Source: the human T2T-CHM13v2.0 reference genome, Homo sapiens
Assembly: GCF_009914755.1 (NCBI RefSeq)
Contig: NC_060935.1
Direction: 5' to 3' (one strand)
DNA length: 64,000 nucleotides
Shown piece after piece: positions 14,872 through 33,207 of the stretch. Positions within the stretch are counted from its first letter, which is position 1. Every line of letters starts with the position of its first letter. Position numbers and translations under genes: made by a program. The notes under the pieces were generated by a model. That model did not search any database and was not told where the DNA came from. It saw only the letters and a program-made list of their open reading frames with translations.

Positions 14872-15445
14872 TTTATTTATTTTGAGACCGGGTCTTGCTG
14901 TGTCATCCAGGCAGGACTGCTGCCTCAGTCTCCTGGGCTCAAGCAGTCCTCTTGCCTCAGCCTCTGGAGTAGCTGGAACTATAAGCGCATGCCCCCTGCC
15001 CAGTTAAATTTTTTTTTTTTTTGAGACAGAGTATCACTTTGTCGCCCAGGCTGGAGTGCAGTGGCGCGAACTCGGCTCACTGCAAGCTCCGCCTCCCATC
15101 CCGGGTTCACGGCATTCTCCTGCCTCAAGCCTCCGGAGTAGCTGGGACTACAGGCGCCTGCCACCACGCCCGGCTAATTTTTTTGTTGTTGTTGCTATTT
15201 TTTAGTAGAGACGGGGTTTCACCGTGTTAGCCAGGATGGTCTCGATCTCCTGACCTCATGATCTGCCCGCCTCGGCCTCCCAAAGTGCTGGGATTACAGG
15301 CATGAGCCACTGTGCCTGGCCAAATTTTTTTATCTTTAGTAGAGATGAGGTCTCACTGTGTTGCCCAGGCTGGTCTTGAATTCCTGAGCTCAAGTGATCC
15401 ACCTGCCTCGGCCTCTCAAAGTGCTGGGATTACAGGCATGAGCGA
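14872..15445 (-). mobile_element. Old Alu split by an AluY-like element (15008-15320)
   Basis: Reverse Alu halves flank a complete younger reverse Alu. Confidence 0.85.
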
Positions 15446-15489
15446 CATTGGAAAGTTATTAATTGGTTCACTTAAAAAGAATAAACCTT

Positions 15490-15835
15490 GGCCGGGTGTG
15501 GTGGCTCACACCTGTAATCCCAGCACTCTGGGAGGCCGAGGTGGGTGGATCACCTGAGGTCAGGAGTTTGAGACCAGACTGGCCAACATGGTGAAACCCT
15601 GTCTCTACTAAAGATACAAAAAGTAGCTGGGCATGGTGGTCCACGCCTGTAATCCCAGCTACTCAGAAGACTGAGGTACGAGAATTGCTTGAACCTGGAG
15701 GCAGAGGTCGCAGTGAGCCTTGATTGCGCCACTGCACTCCAGCCTGGGCGACAACAGCTAAACTCCATCTCAAAAAATAAAAATAATAATATAACTGGCC
15801 ATGCACAGTGGCTCATTCCTGTAATCCCAGCACTT
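15490..15835 (+). mobile_element. Alu (AluS-like) plus a short Alu fragment
   Basis: Alu consensus. Confidence 0.9.
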
Positions 15836-16422
15836 AGTGAGAAGACCGGCATTGTTTTGTTTTGTAAATCTCTTTAATAGAAGATGGCTGCACTCTCACA
15901 TCTGCCTCTGCAGTCTATCGATGTTACGTTGTTTAGGAAGAACATGTGGAATCACCTAGGTAGGCGATTGGGAAAGGGAGGAGTGTTTGTAACCTTGAGG
16001 GCAGCGTGGGTGTCCTTCTGCGACGCCGCCCAAGCGTGCCAGGCAGTGGTGGTCCTGCAGGCCGGCTCCTCTGGCCCTGTGAGGGACTCGCTACCCACTG
16101 TGCTTGGGCAGCACTGTGTGTTGGTCATTTGGAAAATGCTGGGTCTCTGAGTTGTGCTCGTCTTCCAGTTGTGGACACTTCTCATTCCACAATACCAAAA
16201 AAAATCACATTTGCTGTCATCATCTATTTCATCTGCAGAAGCTGAGTGGAAATCAGCATGTTCATGTGGCAGCCTCACATTTTTCAAAATTCTGTCTTTT
16301 ACTTGAAAGCTGGAATTTCCCGTTGGCAACAAATACTCCAGTAATTTTTCTTGACACAATAGGCTTAGTTCATTCACTTGGGAGAAAACTGTTGCCAGAT
16401 ACCCAGCTTTGCATAACCATAG

Positions 16423-17030
<608 letters not shown>

Positions 17031-17468
17031 CCTCTTTTCCATTTTTGTCACACTCAATATAAAAAAATGTATACTCTGGTTGAGATTTACTATACTCAGT
17101 ATACGTCAATTACAGTATACATCAGTACCTTAACTGCTTTATCAAGGACAGATGTCTTTAAGGGAAATTGGCTGTTTTTATTTAAAAAGGTGAGTGTGGT
17201 GGTGAAGATACCGTCTTATTTAGAGATCTTCCTGATGCCAGGCTTAGGGGGATTGCCAGTCCCACCAGGTACGCAGTGCCCTGCGGCAGGCGCCCAGTGC
17301 TGGCTCCGGACCAGTGGGCTGAGCTGGCAGCTGCAAGAACCTTTCCCTCCTTGGGGGTTAGGGGGATGACCGGTTCCTGGGGAGGTCACTCTGTGTGGGT
17401 GGGGCTGTTGTCCAGGAGCAGTGTTTTTGCTGTGCTCAAGGCACACGTCCTCCCTCCTTCCTCTATAG

Positions 17469-17617
17469 TGACCAGCAAAACAAGTAACATCAGAGCTAAC
17501 TTTGAAAACCTCGCTAAGGAGAAAGAGCAGGAGGACAGGCGGAAGGCGGAGGCGGAGAGAGCCCAGCGGATGGCCAAGGAGCGGCAGGAGCAGGAAGAGG
17601 CCAGGAGGAAGCTGGAG
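17469..17617 (+). CDS. CTTN: Cortactin exon 14 (149 nt; helical/coiled-coil region [20 protein letters not shown]...RRKLE)
   Basis: ctatag acceptor, gag|gtgagt donor. Confidence 0.97.
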
Positions 17618-18729
17618 GTGAGTGGCAAGGAGTGGGCCGCAGCGCACCCTCCCTGGGACCTGTGCCGAGGGGATTGGGAGCTCTGGGGCCTGGGCGGGGC
17701 TTATTCTCTCCTGGCCAGGTTTTCCTTGGAAGGCATGTTTAACTCTCCTTTAAGGCTCTCCATTAAGGCACTTGTCACTTGCAGCCACACATAGGCTGAG
17801 TCTCTGGCCACAATGCTCCAGGCAGCCGGCTAGCGCTATCCTGGTCTTGCCGGTCCAGCCCCAGGACCCGCCAACCTGCCCTGCCCTCTGTCCCTGAGCT
17901 GACGGCAGAGTCTTGTCGGCTTCCACCTCCACGGGGCTCCTGTCCAAATGTCAGCCTGAGTCTCTTCTCACCCCTCCCCCTCTGGAAGCCCCTCCTTTCC
18001 CAGGTGGAAGTTTGGGGTTTGGAGGGGACTCTGTGCAGAGGCAGCCTGCTCTCGGGGCCTGCTTCTGCTTGGCCAGCCCAGCCCCGCTCACCCAAGCCCC
18101 TGGGCTGTGGAGAAGCGCTCCCAGAGAAAGATGCCAGAAGTGCACCCCTGGCAGGGGCGGAGCACGAGCCTGTGTCTGGGTGCTTTGGGTCTAGCCTGGG
18201 TGGCTTGCCACTGACAAGGACTTTCCTTGTGCTCAGCTGGATCAGGGGGGTTGTGAATAGAGCCTGAGGCCTACAGATGTGTGTGTTTGAAGTTACCAGG
18301 TGTGGTTCTGCAGCTGGGGCGTCTGCAGTGTGGGGCAGGCCCAGCCTGTCTGGAAGCCTGGGCTTCTCCTATCCACCCCAGGCCCTGCCCCTGCAGGGCC
18401 ACACAGGACGTGCTACTTTGGGTGTTTAACCTGTGGATGGCATCAGGTGACGTGGGAATTTACAACTGTCCTGTTGGGGTCAAGCAAGGCCATAGATGCC
18501 AGGAACCGTGCTAGGGTCTCAAGACCAGGGGTGGTTTTCTCTTCAAAAAGACAAGACAGCACTACCATTGTTCCCGTTAGAGCAAGGCCGCCTGCAGAGG
18601 GAGAGGAGGGAAGGGGTTTGGAGTGGACACCTGGGGTTCAGATCCTGCCTGGGCAGCCCCCTGGCCAGTGTGCCTGTGCCTGCCACCTCACCCTCAGACT
18701 CAGCGTCTGGCACTGGAGCCCACAGGCTG

Positions 18730-19082
18730 TCAGTGAGTTTCCTGTTGCTGCCGTAGTCACCACCACACACAGCACACAGCTAGTGTCTTATAGCTCTGGA
18801 GGTCAGAAGTCCTCAAAGATGTCAGCAGGGCTGTGTTCCTCCTGGTGGCCCCTCGGCCCTGTCTTCCCATCTCCAGCCTCTGCTTTTGTTGTCACCGCCC
18901 CTCCTCTGTCCCTCACACTCCTGCCTCCCTCCTCTCAGGACCTTGTGATTACATTGGGTCCACCCAGGCAGTCCAGAGTTCTCCCCATCACAGAACCCTT
19001 AGTTTCATCACATACACAGTCCCTCCCCATGGGGTCTGGGGACTGCGATGTCAGCAGCTTTGAGGGGCTATTATCCTACCCC
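18730..19082 (-). mobile_element. MLT1-family MaLR LTR remnant
   Basis: ctctggaggtcagaagtcc and ccttgtgattacattgggtccaccc motifs. Confidence 0.6.
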
Positions 19083-19296
19083 AGTTCATCCTTTGGCCCC
19101 TAAAGCTTCATGTCCATCCCATGTGCAAACATACTCAGCCCATTTTAAGGTCCCCAAAGTCTCAACCCATTGCAGCATCAACTCAGACTCCCAAATCTGT
19201 GCCTAAACTATCTAATCGTGTGTGGGCGAGAATGAGCTGTGGCCCAGTCCCGGCACTGTCGCGTCACTGGCTGTGTGATCTCGGCCTCAGAGCACA

Positions 19297-19472
19297 CCTG
19301 CCCCTCGAATCCTGCCTAGGTGCTGGTGGGATCTGAGGCTTGGTGCTCCAGCTCCCCTGCCCCTCGGATCCTGCCTGGGTGCTGGTGGGATCTGAGACTT
19401 GGTGCTCCAGCTCCCCTGCCCCTCGGATCCTGCTGGGGTGCTGGTGGGATCTGAGGCTTGGTGCTCCAGCTC
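19297..19472. repeat. 59-bp tandem repeat, 3 copies
   Basis: cctgcccctcg(a/g)atcctgc recurs at 19297, 19356, 19415. Confidence 0.92.
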
Positions 19473-19608
19473 AGCCTTGGTGTGGGTGTTTTCCACTCCT
19501 TTCCCCAGAGCATGCCTAGAGCTTGCACACGATCTTCTGAAACACGGCAGGCGTGACAGTGCAGAGTGTCATGGCAGCATTCTGATTGCTGTTTGTTTTC
19601 AATCACAG

Positions 19609-19698
19609 GAGCAAGCCAGAGCCAAAACGCAAACGCCCCCTGTGTCGCCCGCACCTCAGCCAACCGAGGAGAGGCTGCCCTCGAGCCCCGTCTATGAG
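19609..19698 (+). CDS. CTTN: Cortactin exon 15 (90 nt; Pro-rich [30 protein letters not shown], containing the ERK Ser and Src Tyr421 sites)
   Basis: tcacag acceptor, gag|gttggt donor. Confidence 0.97.
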
Positions 19699-21518
19699 GT
19701 TGGTGTCTTTGGTGTTTGAATGAGCGTGAGTGACTTACTGCCAGAGCCCAGGTCCTGTTTGTGGAGTGGAGGAAGCCCTTGCAGGCAGGCAGTGTGGCGT
19801 GGGTGTAGAGGGCATCGCTGCATTCCACGCCCGGAGAGGGGTGGGCCAGGAGCGCCTGGGGGGTGGGTGACATGCCTCAGTGCTGTCAGGGGATAGCTGT
19901 GCAGGCCCACATGCCATCCTTTCACCCCTCTGCAGCCTGTTGTAGTCTGGCCACTGTCACTGCAGTCCCTGCTGTAGTCACCTGCTATCAGATAATCAGA
20001 TGGGGGTGTCTTCACCCCACTTGCTCTCTGCTGTGCAGGACGCCGCCTCACTCCCTAATGGCAGTGCTGCCCTCCTTCATCACTGAGCCCCTGCCTCCCG
20101 CACAATCTGCCTTCTATGCCTGCCCCATTCAGCTCTCCAGCCTTGCAGCCCCTCATGAGTGTGGCTGCAGACATGCTGTCCGGCCCCTCCCTGTGCTGCT
20201 GACCCCCTCTCATGGGTCCCCCAGTGTTCCGTCCCCATCCCTGAGTTACGGAGCCGCCTGCCGATGCCCCGCCCATCCCTGACTTTGGGTCTCCTGCTCC
20301 CCGCCAGCACCTCTGCGCTAACCACACCCTCTACCTGTAACCACCTCTCCTGTCCCCAGCCCTTGCCCTTTCTCCATCCCATGGCCATCATCCTGGTCTA
20401 TGCATTCATCTCTGCTCGCCCAGGAGCCAGTCAGTTACAGGGGTCACACTCCAGACCATGGTAGTTCAGGAGCCCAGAGAGAGCCCTGGAGACAGGCCGG
20501 GTCTGGGATCTGGGCCTCGATGGCCGTGGCCTTGTCACCACCCGACTGTCCCTCCTTGGCTACGCTGCTGCCTGCTGCCTTTACCCTGCCGGGCCCTGGG
20601 GGGATGTGGTAAGTGAGGCCTTGCAGCTTGTCAGGAACCGGCCTCCCCCTCTAGTCCCTCCCCTTGGCAGCCAGCGCCATCTGCCTCAAGGAAGCTCCGA
20701 CCCTGCCCCTCCCGTGCAGTTCAGCCCTTGTGTGGTTCCTGGTGCCTGTGCTGAGGGTGGAGTCGCTCTCCCTGCCCGATTACTCTCCCTGGCTAGCAGC
20801 TCTCCACCACTGGCTCTTCCCAGATCTCCTGGGTGCGCGGTTCTGAGCTGTCGGCATTGCTTTCTTTCAGTCACTGCCGGTGACATCAGGTGGACCCTGG
20901 TCAGAAACATTGATTAAAGCCACTGTCGGTGATAAGCAGTTCAGAATTTTCGCTGGGGCTCCGAAGCGGCAGTGGTTATAGATAGAGAGGTGTTCCACTG
21001 CGCACCTTTGTAGTTGAATGTGATTCTTTGGCGATGCCCTGTCTGTAGGCTCAGCTGCTCTGGAGCCACGTGGTGAAGCCGCTGTCAGGCAGGGCCAGGG
21101 TCGAGCAGCACAGGCAGGAGGGTGGCCGCTCGGCCCAAGGGTGCCTTGTGTGGCCTTGGAGATGAGGCCTAAAAAAAGAAATCAGCCAAATTAACCCAAC
21201 AAAGACAGGCTCTACCCCCAGGCAACAGTGTGGGCAGGGGCGTGTCTCCTAACCTGCTGTGTGGGCGTGGTTATTGCAGGACTGGAGTGTCGGTGGTGAG
21301 GACCGGGTCATCATCGGGAAGGAAATGGCATGTGGGCACTCACCACCATGGTGAACACACCGGCAGGCCTGGCCTTCCTATACCGCGTCTGTTTTCTCAG
21401 TCCTGGCTGGGACTGAGAATTAGATGGCCCGTGGGTTTCTGCTGGCTGTGGCAGTACAGCTACTGCTCTCTAGAAGCCAGCATGGGCCCCGTGCCATGTG
21501 CGTGTGACCCTTCCCCAG

Positions 21519-21696
21519 GATGCGGCTTCCTTCAAGGCAGAGCTGAGCTACAGAGGCCCTGTGAGTGGGACGGAGCCGGAGCCCGTGTACAGCATGGAGG
21601 CCGCTGACTACCGAGAGGCCAGCAGCCAGCAGGGCCTGGCCTATGCCACAGAGGCTGTCTATGAAAGCGCAGAGGCCCCGGGCCACTATCCCGCAG
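21519..21696 (+). CDS. CTTN: Cortactin exon 16 (178 nt; [11 protein letters not shown]...APGHYPA)
   Basis: ccccag acceptor, cag|gtactg donor; lies within ORF 21498..21983. Confidence 0.97.
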
Positions 21697-22064
21697 GTAC
21701 TGGGGCCCCACGCTGCAGCGCCCTGCCCAGGGCAGGGAGCTCCCGGGACATCCTGCTCGACCTGTGGCGTCGTTGCGAGGAGCGTGGGTTTCCCACTGAC
21801 ACGCCTTTGCTTGCTTGCTATAGGGTCTTCTTGTCCCTGGAGGGAAGTGCTCTAGGCACATTTGGGGCATCGGCTCCTGTGCTGGGTCCCAGGAAGATCC
21901 CCATTGTGCTGGGGACGGGTGGGCAGGGGCAGAGGAAGGGAGGGTTTCAGCTGCCGCCCTGTGTCCTTGAGACAAAATCTTAGGAAGTGTCGTCTAAAAC
22001 TTGAGAAGGCTGGGAACCTGTGTGGGACTTTGTATTGTTCAGCTCTGTCATGGCTTTCTTTTAG

Positions 22065-22136
22065 AGGACAGCACCTACGATGAGTACGAGAACGATCTGG
22101 GGATCACAGCCGTCGCCCTGTACGACTACCAGGCTG
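22065..22136 (+). CDS. CTTN: Cortactin exon 17 (72 nt; [23 protein letters not shown], start of SH3)
   Basis: ttttag acceptor, ctg|gtgagc donor; ALYDY SH3 motif. Confidence 0.97.
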
Positions 22137-23443
22137 GTGAGCGGCCTGCAAAAGCACTTGGAGGGGAGACCCAGGCAGCTGCGCCTGCCTCTGCTTGTTT
22201 TCTGAGAATTCACTTCTCTAGCGTTGTTAGTTTTAGAAGTAATTTATGTTGAGATAATTTCAGAGATATAGAAAAGTTGCAGGTATAGTGCCAAGAACTC
22301 CCATGTTCCCTACCCGGATTCCATCTCTGCACACACACGCACACACCCCCTGTTATCTTTAGTATTCTCTGAACCCTTGGAGAGCTGCAGGGGTGCTGCC
22401 ACCCCCAAAGACTCCAGCGTGTTTCCCAAGATCAAAGATGCTGTCCCACAGGGACACCCCACCCTCCAGGTGAGGGGGCCGCACAGATGCCTTGATGTTC
22501 GAGACCCCATTCCTGCCTGTCCTGCCCCGGCCGCCAGCTCCCGTGTGGCCTGCACGTTCCCCTGAGTTCCCTTTGCGGCCTTGGCAGTTTAAGAGCAGCC
22601 TCAGCTCCTGGGCTGGCCTCAGCCGCCCGCCCCGTGTTCCCTCAGGGCCAGGCTGAGCTGTGCTCTGGTGGCGGTGAGGTCTTGGAGACCATGCGGTGGG
22701 GCTCTCTGCTGGGCCGCATAGCATCCACTTGTCCCTCTGTCTCAGCCACCACCTGGTCCACAAAGTCACCACCACCCCTCTGCAGTTGACAAGCATCTTA
22801 CGGGTGGCGTGGGATTCCCCTCAGAACCCCCGGCCTCTGCCTCTTGAGTGCTTCCCGTTTGCAACTTTCCATCAGCGCGGAAGCTGGCATTCTACCATAA
22901 GTGAGCGCTGGCCGTCCCCGTTCAGTGCCTTTTGCACACGTGCATTTGCGTACACGCATGTGGGTGTGTCTGTGGCATCTCGGCACCTGTGCGTGGATTC
23001 TCATCACCGTGGCTTTTGCCCTCCATTCCCATTTCAGCCATCACCTCGGGCTTCTCTCCGGGTGTCCCCTGGCTGTCCTTCCACTGCGGCCTCCGCAGCC
23101 CATCTCCCCACCCCCTCCACAGACACGTCTGCCAGAGAGAGGGGAAGGGAGGGCAGGCGGGGCTGGAGTTATGTGGTGGAAACCTGCTCCTGAGGAAGGG
23201 GTCCGGGTGGGGTTGGTGCTTGTGTGAAGGGCTCTGTGCCTCTTTGTACTCTCTCGGTTCATGTTCACAAATCCTGGCCTTGGTGGCATGGGAGAGGCAG
23301 CAGGAGCCTCCGCGGTGGTCCGCATCTCTGCAGGGGGCATCTCTGAGCAGGCTGCCTGGGAGCTTGCTCTGGGTTGTGCTTTTTTTCTGGCAGACCAGGA
23401 AACGCTTGCACTTCAGCATCTTTCTCTGTGTTCTCTTCCCCAG

Positions 23444-23580
23444 CGGGCGATGATGAGATCTCATTTGACCCTGATGACATCATCACCAACATCGAGATGA
23501 TTGACGACGGCTGGTGGCGCGGGGTGTGCAAGGGCCGGTACGGGCTCTTCCCAGCCAACTATGTGGAGCTGCGGCAGTAG
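23444..23580 (+). CDS. CTTN: Cortactin exon 18 coding part (SH3 domain C-terminal part to TAG stop)
   Basis: ccccag acceptor; [13 protein letters not shown]...GWWRG...[12 protein letters not shown]. Confidence 0.98.
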
Positions 23581-23883
23581 GGCCCCCAGCCCCCCCCCGG
23601 AGCTGCGCCCTGGATCCTCACACTACAGATCAGGCCTTCTTTGGTTCTTGGGTGGTTTTGGGTTTTTTCTGTTTTTTTTTTTTTTTTTTTTTTTTTGAAG
23701 GTGGGGAGGGGAATATACACATTGCTTTTATATTTAATACTTTTGCTGATGCTTTTGAAAATGTTTATGCCACAGAATTTGCTAATATATTGTAATCACA
23801 TTCCTTAGGAGGACTTTGGTAATTGGTTTTATGCATTGATGGTTTTTTTTTTCTTTTTTGCCAAATTGACTGTCACGCGGCAG

Positions 23884-24162
23884 CTTCAGGGAGCTCGCAT
23901 TCTCTTGTGTTCGTGTTGCCCTCGTGCCCATCAAGTGCAGTCGGGACCTCCCAGGACAAGCACGAGGCCTCAGGTCGGCCCTGTGGCGGGTAGGCAGGAA
24001 GGACTGTCCCAGACGAGGGGCTTCCTCTAGAGTCTCACTGCTGGGGAGGAGAGGACTGGGCCTGATGGAAGTTAACCCGGAGCTAAGTCACCCAGAGCAC
24101 AGGAGCTGCCATGTCAGATGGGAAATCTGCCTATGTCATACCGTGACAGCCCGCAGGATCAG
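23884..24162 (+). CDS. CTTN: Alternative CTTN C-terminal exon inside the 3' UTR (FRELAFSCVRV...TARRI)
   Basis: Donor ccg|gtacgg at 23538 joined to acceptor cggcag|c at 23883 keeps the frame open to donor cag|gtgact at 24163; total length matches my recollection of a 634-aa CTTN isoform. Confidence 0.7.
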
Positions 24163-24699
24163 GTGACTTCTAGCAGAGACCCTGGTTTTTTTCCTGTGCC
24201 CACTCCGGCTTGTCCTCATCTCTACCCATCCCCTGATGCCCAGGTCACCGGGAGGGCTGCTGGGAGCCTCTCCTGTCCCCGCCGGGCAGTGTCACTGAGT
24301 CCTTGAAATCCTCCCCTGCCCCGCGGGTCTCTGGATTGGGACGCACAGTGCAGTTGAGGTCTGCGTCGGGCTTGGCTTTTCACAAAGGCTGATGTCTTAA
24401 CTGTCACCCATATGGTCCCTGGGCCACCGGGCAGCCTGGGGCGGTGTGTGTGCCATGTCACAGCATGGCCTCTCGGCCTTGGGAAGGAAGGCAGTGCCTG
24501 CTCTGCTGTGAGCCGCCAGGAACCCTCCTCCTGTCAATGGGGGTGTAGTATTTTTGCCAAAATATCATGTTCAATTTCAGTAGTTTGATCAGTTGAAGGC
24601 TAGAAGTGTGAAGTGCAGATGAGTGTGTGTTCTTCCCCAAGGTCCCCCCACAGCTCCAGGACACCGCTGTCCTGGCATTTGTGGCCACTCACTTTGTAG

Positions 24700-24826
24700 G
24701 AAACTCATCTCCTTCCTGAGGAGCCGGGAGGCTGGACCAGTCCCGTCGTGCAGTCAGGTGGGCGGTGTGTCTTTCCAGAAGGTCACGTGGAAATGTCTCG
24801 GGACTTGGGTCCCGGAGTGCCCGTGA
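24700..24826 (+). CDS. CTTN: Terminal coding segment of the alternative CTTN C-terminus (KLISFLRSRE...WVPECP*)
   Basis: Acceptor ctttgtag|g at 24699, in frame with the 23884-24162 exon; stop TGA at 24824-24826. Confidence 0.65.
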
Positions 24827-24959
24827 AGCGTGTTTTTGCTCCTGAGGTGCATTTTCTCATCATCCTTGCTTTACCACAATGAGCAATGAGGTCGGGTTTT
24901 ATATGCAACTTATTGTATCTGAATTCCTGTAGCACACCTCATAGGTATGATTTTTTTAA

Positions 24960-24979
24960 ATTAAAGAATTCAGAATAAA
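24960..24979 (+). terminator. CTTN polyadenylation signals (ATTAAA 24960, AATAAA 24974)
   Basis: Canonical hexamers followed by GT/T-rich downstream sequence; a further AATAAA lies at 25247-25252. Confidence 0.85.
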
Positions 24980-26062
24980 CATTTTTTGATCCACTTGCGT
25001 GATTTGCTTTGGTCTGTGGTCACTCCGTTCTGCAGTGGAAGCTGCGTCGACACTCTCGGTGTCCTGCGCCCCGGACCTGGGCTGGCGGAGGCTCTCCTGC
25101 CGTCCAGTGCGTCTCACGCGTTCTGTTCTGGCTTTAGACCGAACCGTACGTTCCCTTTTCAGTGTTCATTCAAAGGTGCTGCTTATGAACTGAAATGTGT
25201 TTACTCTGGCAGATGATTCAGTTTTTTGCACAAAGGTTCCAAGCAAAATAAAACACTCTGTGCTTAAAAGTCATTTCTGAATTACAGTTCTCAAATCCTG
25301 AGGGGGATTTTGCTCCCAGTCTCGTTTTGCTCAGGGGCACCAGAAGTTAAAGGCTAAGGGGAACAGTGGCACTGAGGGAGCAGGTGTGCCCTCGGGAGCC
25401 GGGGGTGCTGGGGAGCTGGGTTCCGGCTCACACTTCTGCCCATCAGGTGCTCCCAGGGAGCTTTCGGCTACACGACATGCCTGCTACCCCTTCCAACCTG
25501 GGTGGTGACGGAGCACTGCCTCCTCCCTTGGGCTGTCCCACACCTGCCTCTGGCTTAGGAAACAGTGCCTCTGCCAGCTCTGCCCACAGGAGCCTAACGT
25601 GAGAGTGCCCCCGCCCTCCTGCCACAACCGGGCTGCTGTGGGTTCTGCATCACAGGGTTGCAGCCCTAACGGCGAGCCCCGTCCCACACAGGGCCTGTCT
25701 GCTGGGTGAGATTGCAGCCACCTGCAGGGAGCTGAGTCCTGAAGAAATGAGGCATGAAGGCTTGTGAACCAGGGGAAAGTCCCAGCCAGGGTGGGCAGAC
25801 GGGGTCAGGGGGCTGGAGGACAGGGTGTGACGAAGGGAGGGGGCCATGCAGAAAGGGCCCCCGCTGGCCCACTGTCTGCCCAGTCGGTGTGTGCCTGTGC
25901 CGCCTGCGGATGAGCATGGCAGGGGCTCAACAGGAGCGGGACACATCTTGAGTGGGTCTGTGTTTCTGTTCTATTGGTGGCCAAGCGTGGCCTGGCAGCT
26001 TGAGTGCCTGGAGCCAACCACCTGAATCTTAGCCGCTTTCTTTTTAGATGTGGTTGGGGTTT

Positions 26063-27895
<1,833 letters not shown>

Positions 27896-28242
27896 CCTCA
27901 GTCCTGTGTTTTGAATTCTGTTGTTTCTTTTCTCCCATTTTCCCTCTGATTATTTCTTCTGACCTGTTTGACCTCCCATGGGAAGACGAGCTCTGCTTTT
28001 GATGATGATTGTGAAAATGCACACAGACAGCAACATAGTCAAAGAATTCTATGTTGTGTGATAAGGTGCTTTTTTTTCCTACCTACTGTCATTGTTATAA
28101 TAGTGCTTCTTCGATTAAAAACCATTTGAGACAGCTCCGTTGTCATTTGTGAGCTGTCAGCTCGGCCCAACTTAGCTATCTCTGGATTTAATGTTTGTTC
28201 ATATTTTCTGTGAATTACACCTCCTGCTATTACCTAGGAATA

Positions 28243-28788
28243 GAGCTGTCCCTCGGTACCTGCAGGGGATTGGGCCCAGGACCTCCCTCCTGTACCCAAA
28301 TCTGCACATACTCAAGTCCCCCAGTCCCCTGCAGAACCCACATCTATGAAAAGTTGGCCTTGTGTGTGCAGGCTTTGCATTCTGTGAATACTATATTGTT
28401 TGTTGTTTTTGAGACAGGGTCCCTGTCACTCAGGCTGGAGTGCAGTGGAGTGACACCATCATAGCTCACAGCAGCTTCCACCTCCCTCACTCAAGCAATT
28501 TCCTACCTCAGCCTTCTGAGTAGCTGGGACCACAGGTGCACACCTGCCATGCCTGGCTAATTTTTTTTTTTTAGGTCTTTGTAGAGACGGCATCTCACTA
28601 TGTTACCCAGGCTGGTCTTGAACTCCTGGCCTCAAGCCATCCTCCTGCCTCAGCCTCCGGAAGTGCTGGGATTACAAGTATAAACCACTATGCCCAGCCC
28701 GAATACTGTATTTTTTATATGTTTGATTGAAAAAATATGCGTATAAGTGGACGCTCACAGTTCACACCCTTGTTCAAAGGTCAGTTGT
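28243..28788. mobile_element. MER8-like Tigger MITE interrupted by a reverse Alu (~28400-28700)
   Basis: gtccctcggtac...ggggattgg start and gttcaaaggtcagttg end; gaatact(a/g)tatt duplicated around the Alu. Confidence 0.7.
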
Positions 28789-28849
28789 GTTCTCCTGAGT
28801 AGGTTGTGTGAATGAGATGCACGTGAGTCCCTGCAGGCCCAATCTCCCT

Positions 28850-32290
<3,441 letters not shown>

Positions 32291-32839
32291 GCCACCATCC
32301 CCACGAGGTCCGTATACTGTGATGTCTGCCTGGGCATTCTGCACAGGGTCTTTATTTTCTCTTCCCCTCCCCTGCAAGGTCAGTCCCGGGAGCCCAGAAG
32401 GTGCTTGATGAATGATCTGCAGCTGATTGAGCGAAGGAACGAGTGAGCCGAGCCAGTCAGCAGCATTAGTGTGATACGTGTTGCTTTTCAATTAAAGCTC
32501 TCTGCCTCTCGGTTGAGCAACTCTGAGAGCCGGGGTCCCCACCCTTCTGTCCCCCTCATGGTGGGTCTTGTACCCAACAGCTTGCCAGAGCAGAGAGCCA
32601 TGAATAGGGTTTGGTTTCAGGAAAGATGACCAGGAGACTCAGCCCAGGAGTCAGCCTGAGTTCAAATCCTGGCCCCACGCTTCCTGCCTTGTCACCCTGG
32701 GCATGTGATTCAGTTCTTGGTTCTTGTACATTTGGGTGGAAACTGACAACTGCCTGCCATGGGGAGAACCAGCTTGCCTGCCTTCTGCACCACGGCTGGC
32801 ACTGATCATTAGCAGGTTAAAAAAAAAGCTTTGCCAATA

Positions 32840-33207
<368 letters not shown>

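Larger units (their letters stand above)
23581..24995 (+). other. CTTN: CTTN 3' UTR (3' end approximate)
   Basis: Follows stop codon; U-rich tracts; ends shortly after AATAAA at 24974. Confidence 0.85.

Noticed and set aside
18300-19103. 267-aa intronic ORF
   Set aside because: Runs through an MLT1 remnant; no domain and no convincing start or splice context.
19606-19611. CAG-GAG tandem acceptor at exon 15
   Set aside because: GAG is a very poor distal NAGNAG acceptor; no supporting evidence.
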